A stretch of DNA of 32,000 bases, taken from NCBI RefSeq assembly GCF_001945605.1, contig NZ_MPKA01000021.1, positions 1 to 32,000 of the forward strand, read 5' to 3'. The notes beneath the pieces were generated by a model, which was not told the origin of the DNA, searched no databases, and was given only the letters and a program-made list of their open reading frames with translations. Of the stretch, positions 25,539 to 32,000 are shown piece after piece. The stretch's first letter is position 1; every line of letters begins with the position of its first letter. This stretch comes from Dubosiella newyorkensis (lineage in GTDB: Bacteria > Bacillota_I > Bacilli_A > Erysipelotrichales > Erysipelotrichaceae). Position numbers and translations under genes: made by a program.

Positions 25539-25548
25539 GTGGTATAAT
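25539..25548 (+). promoter_or_regulatory. Extended -10 element TGgTATAAT ending 7 nt before the ATG at 25556, a leaderless arrangement.
   Basis: The sequence is ttTGgTATAATttttcgtATG. There is no Shine-Dalgarno sequence before either ATG 25556 or ATG 25568. Confidence 0.5.
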
Positions 25549-25555
25549 TTTTCGT

Positions 25556-26548
25556 ATGAATGATACAATGATTTTATCCAAAGCAAAAAATCGAGTGATC
25601 GCTCATATCGTGTTTTTTTATATATTTATTGGCTCGGTACTGTTCGCGATCTATTACACGCTGACTTTGGACTTCTTTAAAAATTCGCTTTTCGCCTATT
25701 CTTTTTTAGGGATCGCTTTAGGAGATGCTTTGATCATCCTTTTAGCGTTTATCGCTTTGGCGAGTGGAAAAAAATGGTCGCGCTGGCTGTATTGGCTCGC
25801 TTTTTTTGCCACCCTTGGTTTTTTCTATATTCCGATCAAAGCGCTCTTAGATGATTTACCCAACTTTCTATCGTATGGTTTTTGTCTAGGCGGAATGTTC
25901 GTTTTGGAACTCATCTTGTTTCAAGTAGGAATGTATTTTTATAAAAATCCATATTGCCGGATCTATTATGATCACATTCTTACTAGCGAGCTCGAACAAA
26001 AGTTCATGGAGCAGCAGCAAACAGAACGAAAGCTTGTAATCCAGCAAGAAAAACGAGTCGCTGATCAAAAGGAAGAATTTGAAGAAATCGAAGAAGAAAA
26101 GGAAGTGCCTGTAAAAGAGGAGATGACCTATCCACAGCTTGCTTTACGGCTTGGAATCGGGGTTTATGGCGAGCTGATCGTTTTTCCGATCATCGTCCAG
26201 ATCTTTTCGAACTTCTTCGCGAGCTATGATCTACAACAAGTATTCGCCACGCGCGAGATGTTTATCTTTTCGATCTTCACGGCTTTTGTCTGGACGATCC
26301 CTGTTCTTTATCTCTACTACAACCAGCCGCAATCCAAAAAGATCGTGTATGGCTGTATTCTTGCTGAAGTTTTGTTCTTGATCTATTGCTTCTTCCAAAT
26401 TAAAGGCTATTATGATTCTGGTTTATATCCGATCAAGGCGTTCCTCTTCTTTGGCCTTCTCGATCTTGCCCGTTATGCGATCTTGGCTTATTTTGTCAAA
26501 CCGATCCTTACAAGCGATTATCAACCTGATAAGCTGCAGTTACCTTGA
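25556..26548 (+). CDS. Uncharacterised polytopic membrane protein (330 aa): two lobes of about four TM helices joined by a highly charged linker.
   Basis: Hydrophobic segments flank the linker EQKFMEQQQTERKLVIQQEKRVADQKEEFEEIEEEKEVPVKEE. I recognise no family. Confidence 0.6.
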   Translation: MNDTMILSKAKNRVIAHIVFFYIFIGSVLFAIYYTLTLDFFKNSLFAYSFLGIALGDALIILLAFIALASGKKWSRWLYWLAFFATLGFFYIPIKALLDDLPNFLSYGFCLGGMFVLELILFQVGMYFYKNPYCRIYYDHILTSELEQKFMEQQQTERKLVIQQEKRVADQKEEFEEIEEEKEVPVKEEMTYPQLALRLGIGVYGELIVFPIIVQIFSNFFASYDLQQVFATREMFIFSIFTAFVWTIPVLYLYYNQPQSKKIVYGCILAEVLFLIYCFFQIKGYYDSGLYPIKAFLFFGLLDLARYAILAYFVKPILTSDYQPDKLQLP

Positions 26549-27250
26549 CTGCAGCTTTTTTATGTACTCGAGAAGCGCATCAATGTCACCATGTGGATAT
26601 TGATCGATGTTCTCATTTCTAGGATTGAGAAGATGATCTGTCAACAGAAAAACATGCATCCCGCATTGGCGGGCGATCATATCTTCTTCGACATTGTTTC
26701 CGACCATCAAACACGTTTCCGGATCCAAATCATAAATTTTGATCAGTTCTTCATAATAAAGAAGATTTGGTTTGCAGGCGTGTCTGTTTTCGTAGGTCGT
26801 GATCGTTTTAAAATCGGCTGGATCAAGTCCGGCCCATCTAACTCGGGAGAAAGTAGCGATTGCCGGAAAGATCGGATTGGTCGCGATCAAAAGGGTGAGG
26901 TTTTCCTTTTTGAGTTGTTCGATCAAAGCGGCGACTTGTTCATTTTTTGGACAAACATGTTGGATCGATTGAAATTCATTTTGATAGAAACGTTCAAAGT
27001 CGGATTTCGTATGAATGATCTCTTGACCATATTCTTGCTGCATGCGATCCCAGAATACGTCTTCATTGGTTTTTTGGCCATTATTTTCCAACATCGCTTG
27101 CGTGCCGTTCCAGATTGAATGGATCAAGCGCTTGGAATCGAAAGAAGAGGCCATCGTCTTTGTGATCGCTTTAAAGTAATATTGAATAAATTCATCGAGA
27201 TCCATCGGAAGCAGCGTTCCGTCAAGATCAAAGAGTATCGTATTGAGCAT
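26540..27250 (-). CDS. HAD-superfamily hydrolase (236 aa).
   Basis: The motifs are MLNTILFDLDGTLLPMD (motif I), IATNP (motif II) and VGNNVEEDM (motif IV). The start at 27250 follows GGAGAAAGGAAA and lies 23 nt inside the 3' end of the kinase gene. Confidence 0.8.
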   Translation of the reverse strand: MLNTILFDLDGTLLPMDLDEFIQYYFKAITKTMASSFDSKRLIHSIWNGTQAMLENNGQKTNEDVFWDRMQQEYGQEIIHTKSDFERFYQNEFQSIQHVCPKNEQVAALIEQLKKENLTLLIATNPIFPAIATFSRVRWAGLDPADFKTITTYENRHACKPNLLYYEELIKIYDLDPETCLMVGNNVEEDMIARQCGMHVFLLTDHLLNPRNENIDQYPHGDIDALLEYIKKLQSR

Positions 27251-28610
27251 ATTGTTTCCTTTCTCCTTCAACGATCGGCATTCGGATCGTAAAGCTTGTG
27301 CCTGCACCAATTTGGGATCGAACATCGATCGTTCCTTGGTAATACTGGACGATGTTTTTAACGATCGAAAGGCCTAAGCCGGTTCCTGTTCGGTTTTGAT
27401 GATCGACGCGGTAAAACCGCTTGAAGATCTTGGACAGTTCCGCTTCTGGGATCCCTATGCCTGTATCTTTTACTTCAAAATACACTTGTCTTCCTTCTTG
27501 ATGGAGCGTGATATCAACTTCCCCGTTTTCACGGTTGTAGATCAAGGCGTTCTTGATCAAGTTGATGACGAGTTCTTCCATATAAGGTTTATAAGCATAA
27601 ATACTACAAGAGGAAAGATGAGCGCGAATGTGGATGTTTTTTTCTTTTCCAATCAGCGAGAGCCGTTGGATCGTCTGTTCGACGAGTTCTTTGAGATCGA
27701 TTTCTTCTTCTTGGCTGATCTTTTCATGCGTTTCAAGTTTGGAGATCGTCAGAATATCTTGGATCAGATTGCTCATCTTAAGACTTTCCGCATGGATATG
27801 CGCCATGCTTTCTTGTTTTTGTTCTTCGCTCAGCCACCCGCTTTGAAGCAGTTCCGTATAACCTTGAATGCTTGTTAGAGGTGTCTTGAGTTCATGGGAG
27901 GCGTTGGCGAAAAATTGCTGGCGCATTTTTTTATCTTGATTAAGGCGTTCGATCTGTTCATAGATCTTTTGATCCATCTCTTCGATCGAGGACGTGATCT
28001 CCTGCAGTTCTTCATAGTTATACAGATCGAATTTGATCGGCGCATCCTTTTTGTTCCTGACTTTTTGGGAGATCCGGTGGATCGGTTCAAGCAAAGAATC
28101 GGACACCTTGGAAATAAAAATATACCCAAGCCAGGCGGCCAATAAAAACAAACCAATAAATAGCGGAAGGGTGCGAGCCACGCTTTCATTCAATCCATCG
28201 AGCGGGATCGCTAAACGAACAAATCGTTTCGTGTTTGGAAAATACTTAGCCACATACAAATAATTCATACTGTTGGAGGAAGAGTAGCGGATATCGCTTC
28301 CGATCCCGTCTTTTTTCGCGGATTTGATTTCTTGCCTTTTGGAATGATTCCCGTACTCTTTTCCCGTTGAATCGTTGATCACTTTTCCATTTTGATCGAT
28401 GATCGTCATTCGAATATCGCTTTCTTCCAAAAAGAAATCCAATTTTTTTTGATTGGAAATCGAGGCGTCGACAAGATCGATCGTATGCTCCAGCATCGTT
28501 TCTTGTTCCTTGATATACATTGTATAGAAAACAAAATACAAGCTTAAAAACGACAAGGCGAGAACGACCAAAAGCACAAAAGTAAATGTAGTAATGATCC
28601 GATGCTTCAT
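27228..28610 (-). CDS. Sensor histidine kinase (460 aa): two TM helices around an extracytoplasmic domain of about 130 aa, then HisKA and HATPase_c. No cognate response regulator is adjacent.
   Basis: The H-box is FFANASHELKTPLTSIQGYTELL, the N-box LIKNALIYN, G1 VKDTGIGIP and G2 GTGLGLSIV. The RBS is AAAGGAGG. Confidence 0.88.
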   Translation of the reverse strand: MKHRIITTFTFVLLVVLALSFLSLYFVFYTMYIKEQETMLEHTIDLVDASISNQKKLDFFLEESDIRMTIIDQNGKVINDSTGKEYGNHSKRQEIKSAKKDGIGSDIRYSSSNSMNYLYVAKYFPNTKRFVRLAIPLDGLNESVARTLPLFIGLFLLAAWLGYIFISKVSDSLLEPIHRISQKVRNKKDAPIKFDLYNYEELQEITSSIEEMDQKIYEQIERLNQDKKMRQQFFANASHELKTPLTSIQGYTELLQSGWLSEEQKQESMAHIHAESLKMSNLIQDILTISKLETHEKISQEEEIDLKELVEQTIQRLSLIGKEKNIHIRAHLSSCSIYAYKPYMEELVINLIKNALIYNRENGEVDITLHQEGRQVYFEVKDTGIGIPEAELSKIFKRFYRVDHQNRTGTGLGLSIVKNIVQYYQGTIDVRSQIGAGTSFTIRMPIVEGERKQYAQYDTL

Positions 28611-28683
28611 GACGTTCCTCCTTTCCTTTTTCCTTCTTTGTCTTTTATTTCTATTTTTTTATTATACCTGGAATTGTAGGCAT

Positions 28684-28721
28684 AAAAAAAGATTACTGCA
28701 AAATTTATCAGTAATCTTTTT
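28684..28721 (-). terminator. Intrinsic terminator after the secreted HAD gene.
   Basis: On the minus strand AAAGATTACTG ataaattttg CAGTAATCTTT is followed by a T-run. Confidence 0.8.
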
Positions 28722-28729
28722 CATATTCT

Positions 28730-29854
28730 TTATTCGATCGCTTCACCTGTTTCATCAATGATTTCACTTTTTTCGGCTTTTTCTGGATAAATTGTTTTGA
28801 AATCGTTTTTCATGCTGATGGTATTGAATCCATCTTTTTTACACATATCCGCCACTTTTTTTGCTTTTTCCGTATTACCATGATCTCGCTGGGTATCATC
28901 ACAGAGAAGTAAGAACGCTTCAGCTGGATATTCGTTATCGGTGATCGTATAAATGGCCATACTTTCATCGCCTGAGCTGTTTCCAAAAGCTAGGACAGGC
29001 TGAATTCCGATTTCTCGAGCGATCGCTGTCACTTTATTGGTTTTCAAGTTTTTCTTGATGAGCTCTTCACCACGAATAAGTTCGTCATCTTTTGTATAGC
29101 CATAGAATTCACCATCTTCATCGCCTTCATTCGAAGCTTCGATCATTGAATCGGAAGCAATCACATGATTTGCTGGAATACCTAGCTCTTTCGTTACGGC
29201 TGCCCTTGTGGTCAAACGATCAGCGCCTGATACAACATAGACTTGAAAATCATTGTCCTGCAAAAAGTCGACGACATTGCGCATAGGCATATAGAATGAT
29301 TCTCCATATGTGATTCCATCTTGTCCATTCACAGGTAGATCCATAAAATCTTGAACATATTTTTCATATTCGTCAAGACTCATGTTTTTGTAGACTTCCG
29401 CTTGATATTCGGAGAACTGCGCATCGATCTCGTCACTCACTTTACCATCATAAACGGCTGGTTCTGCTACATCTTCAACAAATTTTCGAATATTTTCAGG
29501 CGCTTTATACGTTGGATCATCGAGCACCCGATGAAAAAACATCATCCACTCAAAATAGTAAGGATTGGTTTCAGAAAGGAGGGTCCCATCCATGTCGAAT
29601 ACCGCGATTCGGTTTTCGATCGGAATAAAGTCTTTTGAATTTGGATTGGTCGCGTTCTTCACAAAATCAACGAGCTTTTGTTTCGCTTTTGAATCGTTTG
29701 TCCAATATTCAAAATCATTTTCTTCAAAAGACGGGGTTTGATCTTTCTTTATTTCTTCTGTTTGCTCTTTAGCGCTAATAGACATAATCGTTGGAATATA
29801 CATTCCAAAAGCCAGAGTTGTAGCAAGAATGCCACTCATGAATCTGTGTAACAT
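28730..29854 (-). CDS. Secreted or exported HAD-like hydrolase (phosphatase-like), 374 aa.
   Basis: The signal peptide is MLHRFMSGILATTLAFGMYIPTIMSISA/KE. The HAD motifs are IAVFDMDGTLL (motif I), VVSGADR and GNSSGDESM (motif IV). Confidence 0.7.
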   Translation of the reverse strand: MLHRFMSGILATTLAFGMYIPTIMSISAKEQTEEIKKDQTPSFEENDFEYWTNDSKAKQKLVDFVKNATNPNSKDFIPIENRIAVFDMDGTLLSETNPYYFEWMMFFHRVLDDPTYKAPENIRKFVEDVAEPAVYDGKVSDEIDAQFSEYQAEVYKNMSLDEYEKYVQDFMDLPVNGQDGITYGESFYMPMRNVVDFLQDNDFQVYVVSGADRLTTRAAVTKELGIPANHVIASDSMIEASNEGDEDGEFYGYTKDDELIRGEELIKKNLKTNKVTAIAREIGIQPVLAFGNSSGDESMAIYTITDNEYPAEAFLLLCDDTQRDHGNTEKAKKVADMCKKDGFNTISMKNDFKTIYPEKAEKSEIIDETGEAIE

Positions 29855-29937
29855 ATACTTCTTTTCTCTCCTTATAGAACCTTAAGAAAAGCAGGCCTGA
29901 TTTTTCTATTTGTGTTGGTTCTTTTAATACATACTGA

Positions 29938-29951
29938 GTATAGCGCTTACA
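29938..29951. promoter_or_regulatory. cre-like element (minus-strand TGTAAGCGCTATAC) overlapping a -10-like TATACT upstream of the secreted HAD gene.
   Basis: It matches 12 of 14 positions of TGWAANCGNTNWCA. The two mismatches are at the distal end. Confidence 0.4.
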
Positions 29952-29979
29952 TTTTCGGATCGTTACTTATATGCACAAT

Positions 29980-30016
29980 AAAAAAAAGACTATTGTCCTC
30001 TTGACAATAATCTTTT
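29980..30016 (-). terminator. Intrinsic terminator after the GPH transporter gene.
   Basis: On the minus strand AGATTATTGTC aagag GACAATAGTCT forms 11 bp with one G-U pair, followed by T8. Confidence 0.8.
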
Positions 30017-30025
30017 TGATATAAA

Positions 30026-31489
30026 TTATAGGCTTTCTTCAACTTCTGCGTTCATCGCGTCCAATTTTGATTTGATTTCTGTCATTTTCTTTTTCGAAAG
30101 TGGATACCAGAAGATCAAGATCAAGGCGATCACGATATAACCAACAGCAGGAACACCAGTTGTTACTGAGTAGATCGCGCTCGTTACCGCTTCGCTTTGA
30201 ACGATTGCTTGTCCGCCTGTGCTCACTTGGTACCCGATCGCACTGATCACGAAACCACCAAGACCACCAGCCAAGGCTTGTCCGATCTTACGAGAGAAAG
30301 AGTAGACTCCATAAACCGTTCCGCCGTCGCAAGAACCTGTTTCAACCGTTTGATAGTCGATCACGTCCGAGATGAACGCCCACAACATCAAGTTGAAGAT
30401 TCCAGATCCAATATTGGCGAAGAACAAGATTCCACAGTAGAGCCATGCATTTTGAATGCGAGCGAAGAACAAGAATGCGTAAATTGCGGCTGAGAATAAC
30501 AAACCGAACGCGGACGCTTCTTTTTTACCGAACTTGTCGGCGATCTTACCAGCGAATGGAGCTAAAAGCAGCGTACAAGCAGTCATCATCATTCCAGCTA
30601 CCGACATCGCTCCGATGTTTTTGAAGTAGTCCATGTAGAGATACATATTCATCGATTGTGCCAAAAGCATTGCAAGAAGCGATACGATAGCAGCTGCGAT
30701 CATCGAAACAAGCGCGCGGTTCGTTACAAGCGCCTTAACAAGGTCTTTTGCAGACAATTGTTTTTGGTTCGAGTTGTCGACGATGATTCTTTCTACCGAC
30801 CATTTGTAGCAGATCGTGTAGCAGATCAGTGCGAGAACAGCGAAGATGCAGGCAACCATGAATACACGGTTTCCTTGAAGCACTTGGTTTCCGGCTGCAT
30901 CTGTCGTATATACGAAGAGTGGTGTCAAAGAACCAACAAACAATCCTGCTAGCGATGCGCCGATCGAGCGGAATGTCGAAAGCATAGCGCGCTCTCCTGG
31001 TTTATCCGTGATCGCCGATGCCATCGAACCGTAAGGAATGTTGATTCCAGTGTAGCAGAAGCTTCCCCATAAAATATAAGTCACGAAGATATATACGATT
31101 CTAAACGTGTATGGTAGATGAGCGACCCAAGGCACGAACATCATAACACCTGCAGCAACTACTGGAAGCATCATTCTTTTGATCCATGGACGATAGCGTC
31201 CTGCAGCATTCGGTTTAGATTTATCGACGATCCGTCCCATTCCAATATCCGTGAACGCATCAACGCAGCGGCTTACCAAGAAGAGCGTTCCGACTAGAGC
31301 CCCTGGGATCCCAAGAACGTTCGTGTAGAATACCATCAAAAAGCTAGAGGCAAGAATGAAGAAGAAGTCGTTTCCGAAATCTCCGCACATATAGGCGATT
31401 TTGTCTTTCCATCCAAAAGGTCTATGAGCCGCGCGTTCTTCTTCTTGTTGAAGAGCCGCTTTGGCTTTTACATCTGAAACATTGATCAT
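30026..31489 (-). CDS. MFS transporter of the glycoside-pentoside-hexuronide (GPH):cation symporter family (487 aa).
   Basis: The N-terminal signature is FGWKDKIAYMCGDFGNDFFFILASSFLMVFYTNVLGIPGALVGTLFLVSRCVDAFTDIGMGRIVD, with about 12 TM helices. The RBS is AAAGGAGA. Confidence 0.85.
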   Translation of the reverse strand: MINVSDVKAKAALQQEEERAAHRPFGWKDKIAYMCGDFGNDFFFILASSFLMVFYTNVLGIPGALVGTLFLVSRCVDAFTDIGMGRIVDKSKPNAAGRYRPWIKRMMLPVVAAGVMMFVPWVAHLPYTFRIVYIFVTYILWGSFCYTGINIPYGSMASAITDKPGERAMLSTFRSIGASLAGLFVGSLTPLFVYTTDAAGNQVLQGNRVFMVACIFAVLALICYTICYKWSVERIIVDNSNQKQLSAKDLVKALVTNRALVSMIAAAIVSLLAMLLAQSMNMYLYMDYFKNIGAMSVAGMMMTACTLLLAPFAGKIADKFGKKEASAFGLLFSAAIYAFLFFARIQNAWLYCGILFFANIGSGIFNLMLWAFISDVIDYQTVETGSCDGGTVYGVYSFSRKIGQALAGGLGGFVISAIGYQVSTGGQAIVQSEAVTSAIYSVTTGVPAVGYIVIALILIFWYPLSKKKMTEIKSKLDAMNAEVEESL

Positions 31490-31526
31490 AGTATTGTCTC
31501 CTTTTCTTTGTTTCTCTCACTCACCT

Positions 31527-31541
31527 TGATAAGCGTTTTCA
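31527..31541. promoter_or_regulatory. Imperfect cre-like element TGATAAGCGTTTTCA in the 5' leader of the GPH transporter gene.
   Basis: The central GCG and the right half fit the cre consensus. The left half is offset by one nucleotide. Confidence 0.3.
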
Positions 31542-31560
31542 AAAGAAGCTGGCTTTCCTT

Positions 31561-31574
31561 TGAAAGCGCTATCA
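31561..31574. promoter_or_regulatory. Canonical CcpA catabolite-responsive element (cre) TGAAAGCGCTATCA upstream of the GPH transporter gene.
   Basis: It matches TGWAANCGNTNWCA at 14 of 14 positions and lies 72-85 nt upstream of the ATG at 31489. Confidence 0.65.
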
Positions 31575-31777
31575 CGTGAGCACATGAATAGAATACTCGA
31601 TAATCCAAGAAAATAATACACCATTTCTTGTTATGTACATTGCATAAATTGTTATTGTATTCCTCTCATATATATAATAAAGTTCTTTATTTATAGGAAT
31701 TTGTCCTTTTTATTAAGTTATCATAAAACAATATTAACAATGTCAAATTCTTTGTTGAAAAGCCTTTTCATCCACCC

Positions 31778-31804
31778 AAAAAAAAAGGAAGCACTTAAGC
31801 TTCC
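31778..31804 (-). terminator. Intrinsic terminator after the partial Na/Pi-cotransporter-like gene.
   Basis: On the minus strand GGAAGC ttaagt GCTTCC is followed by T9. The hairpin spans the stop codon. Confidence 0.7.
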
Positions 31805-32000
31805 TGAAGGGTGTAGCGAGCTAATCGCTCCGCATGATCTGAAATACTTTCATAATAATCGATCACATCTAAAAACAAGATCCCATTTTCAATGCCTTGT
31901 CGATTATCGAGCATCCGCTTCATATATCGGCTACGAAGGTCGGTTTCGATCGCGTCGACGCTGTCTTCATGTTTTTCGACTTTTTCAAACACTTCAACAT
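31795..32000 (-). CDS. Partial CDS (3' end only): the PhoU-like C-terminal domain of a probable Na/Pi cotransporter family protein.
   Basis: The frame stays open to the window edge. The pattern EDSVDAIETDLRSRYMKRM...GILFLDVIDYYESISDHAERLA resembles PhoU-type helical repeats at the C-terminus of Na/Pi symporters. Confidence 0.45.
   Translation of the reverse strand, partial: VEVFEKVEKHEDSVDAIETDLRSRYMKRMLDNRQGIENGILFLDVIDYYESISDHAERLARYTLQEA

Noticed and set aside
1-32000. GCGATCGC occurrences as a cyanobacterial HIP1 signature
   Set aside because: The gene content is clearly Bacillota-type, and the bases flanking GATC are heterogeneous. The enriched unit is the tetramer rather than the HIP1 octamer.
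1-32000. A defence island, prophage or integrative element
   Set aside because: There is no integrase, recombinase, phage structural gene, toxin-antitoxin pair, restriction-modification or cas gene, tRNA attachment site or flanking direct repeats. The gene content is core-metabolic and envelope-related.

Overview
This is a chromosomal segment from a low-GC Gram-positive (Bacillota-type) genome. The T-box leader, the rapZ-yvcK-whiA cluster, rex, cre boxes and GGAGG-type ribosome-binding sites all support that assignment. I call about 30 protein genes, mostly on the minus strand and tightly packed with many ATGA-type start/stop overlaps. Left to right they are:
- a TetR-controlled MMPL transporter with a giant heptad-repeat lipoprotein;
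- a PH-domain protein, an ArAE-type exporter, a FemAB-family transferase and cstA;
- a T-box(Asn)-asnS operon carrying a HesB-like gene and a NYN-domain gene;
- rex;
- an eight-gene overlapping operon: rapZ-yvcK-whiA, a lipoprotein, ZIP, NusG_II, Gx and a membrane protein;
- GNAT and ktrAB;
- an HAD-domain protein, VanZ and a DUF4015-like hydrolase;
- a hotdog thioesterase and an unknown membrane protein;
- an HAD hydrolase overlapping an orphan histidine kinase;
- a secreted HAD phosphatase-like protein, a GPH sugar symporter with cre sites, and a partial Na/Pi-cotransporter C-terminus.

I saw no rRNA, tRNA, CRISPR array, integrase or intact mobile element, and no recognisable defence island. 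Three observations seem most worth following up. (1) GATC is strongly enriched, the enrichment is confined to coding sequence, and it is biased by codon phase. (2) The MMPL transporter, the 1033-aa LxxG-heptad lipoprotein and the TetR regulator form one module. (3) A Cys/His-tailed HesB-like protein is translationally coupled to a NYN-domain protein downstream of asnS, apparently in the T-box-controlled transcript. All functional calls rest on motif recognition by eye. No searches were run.
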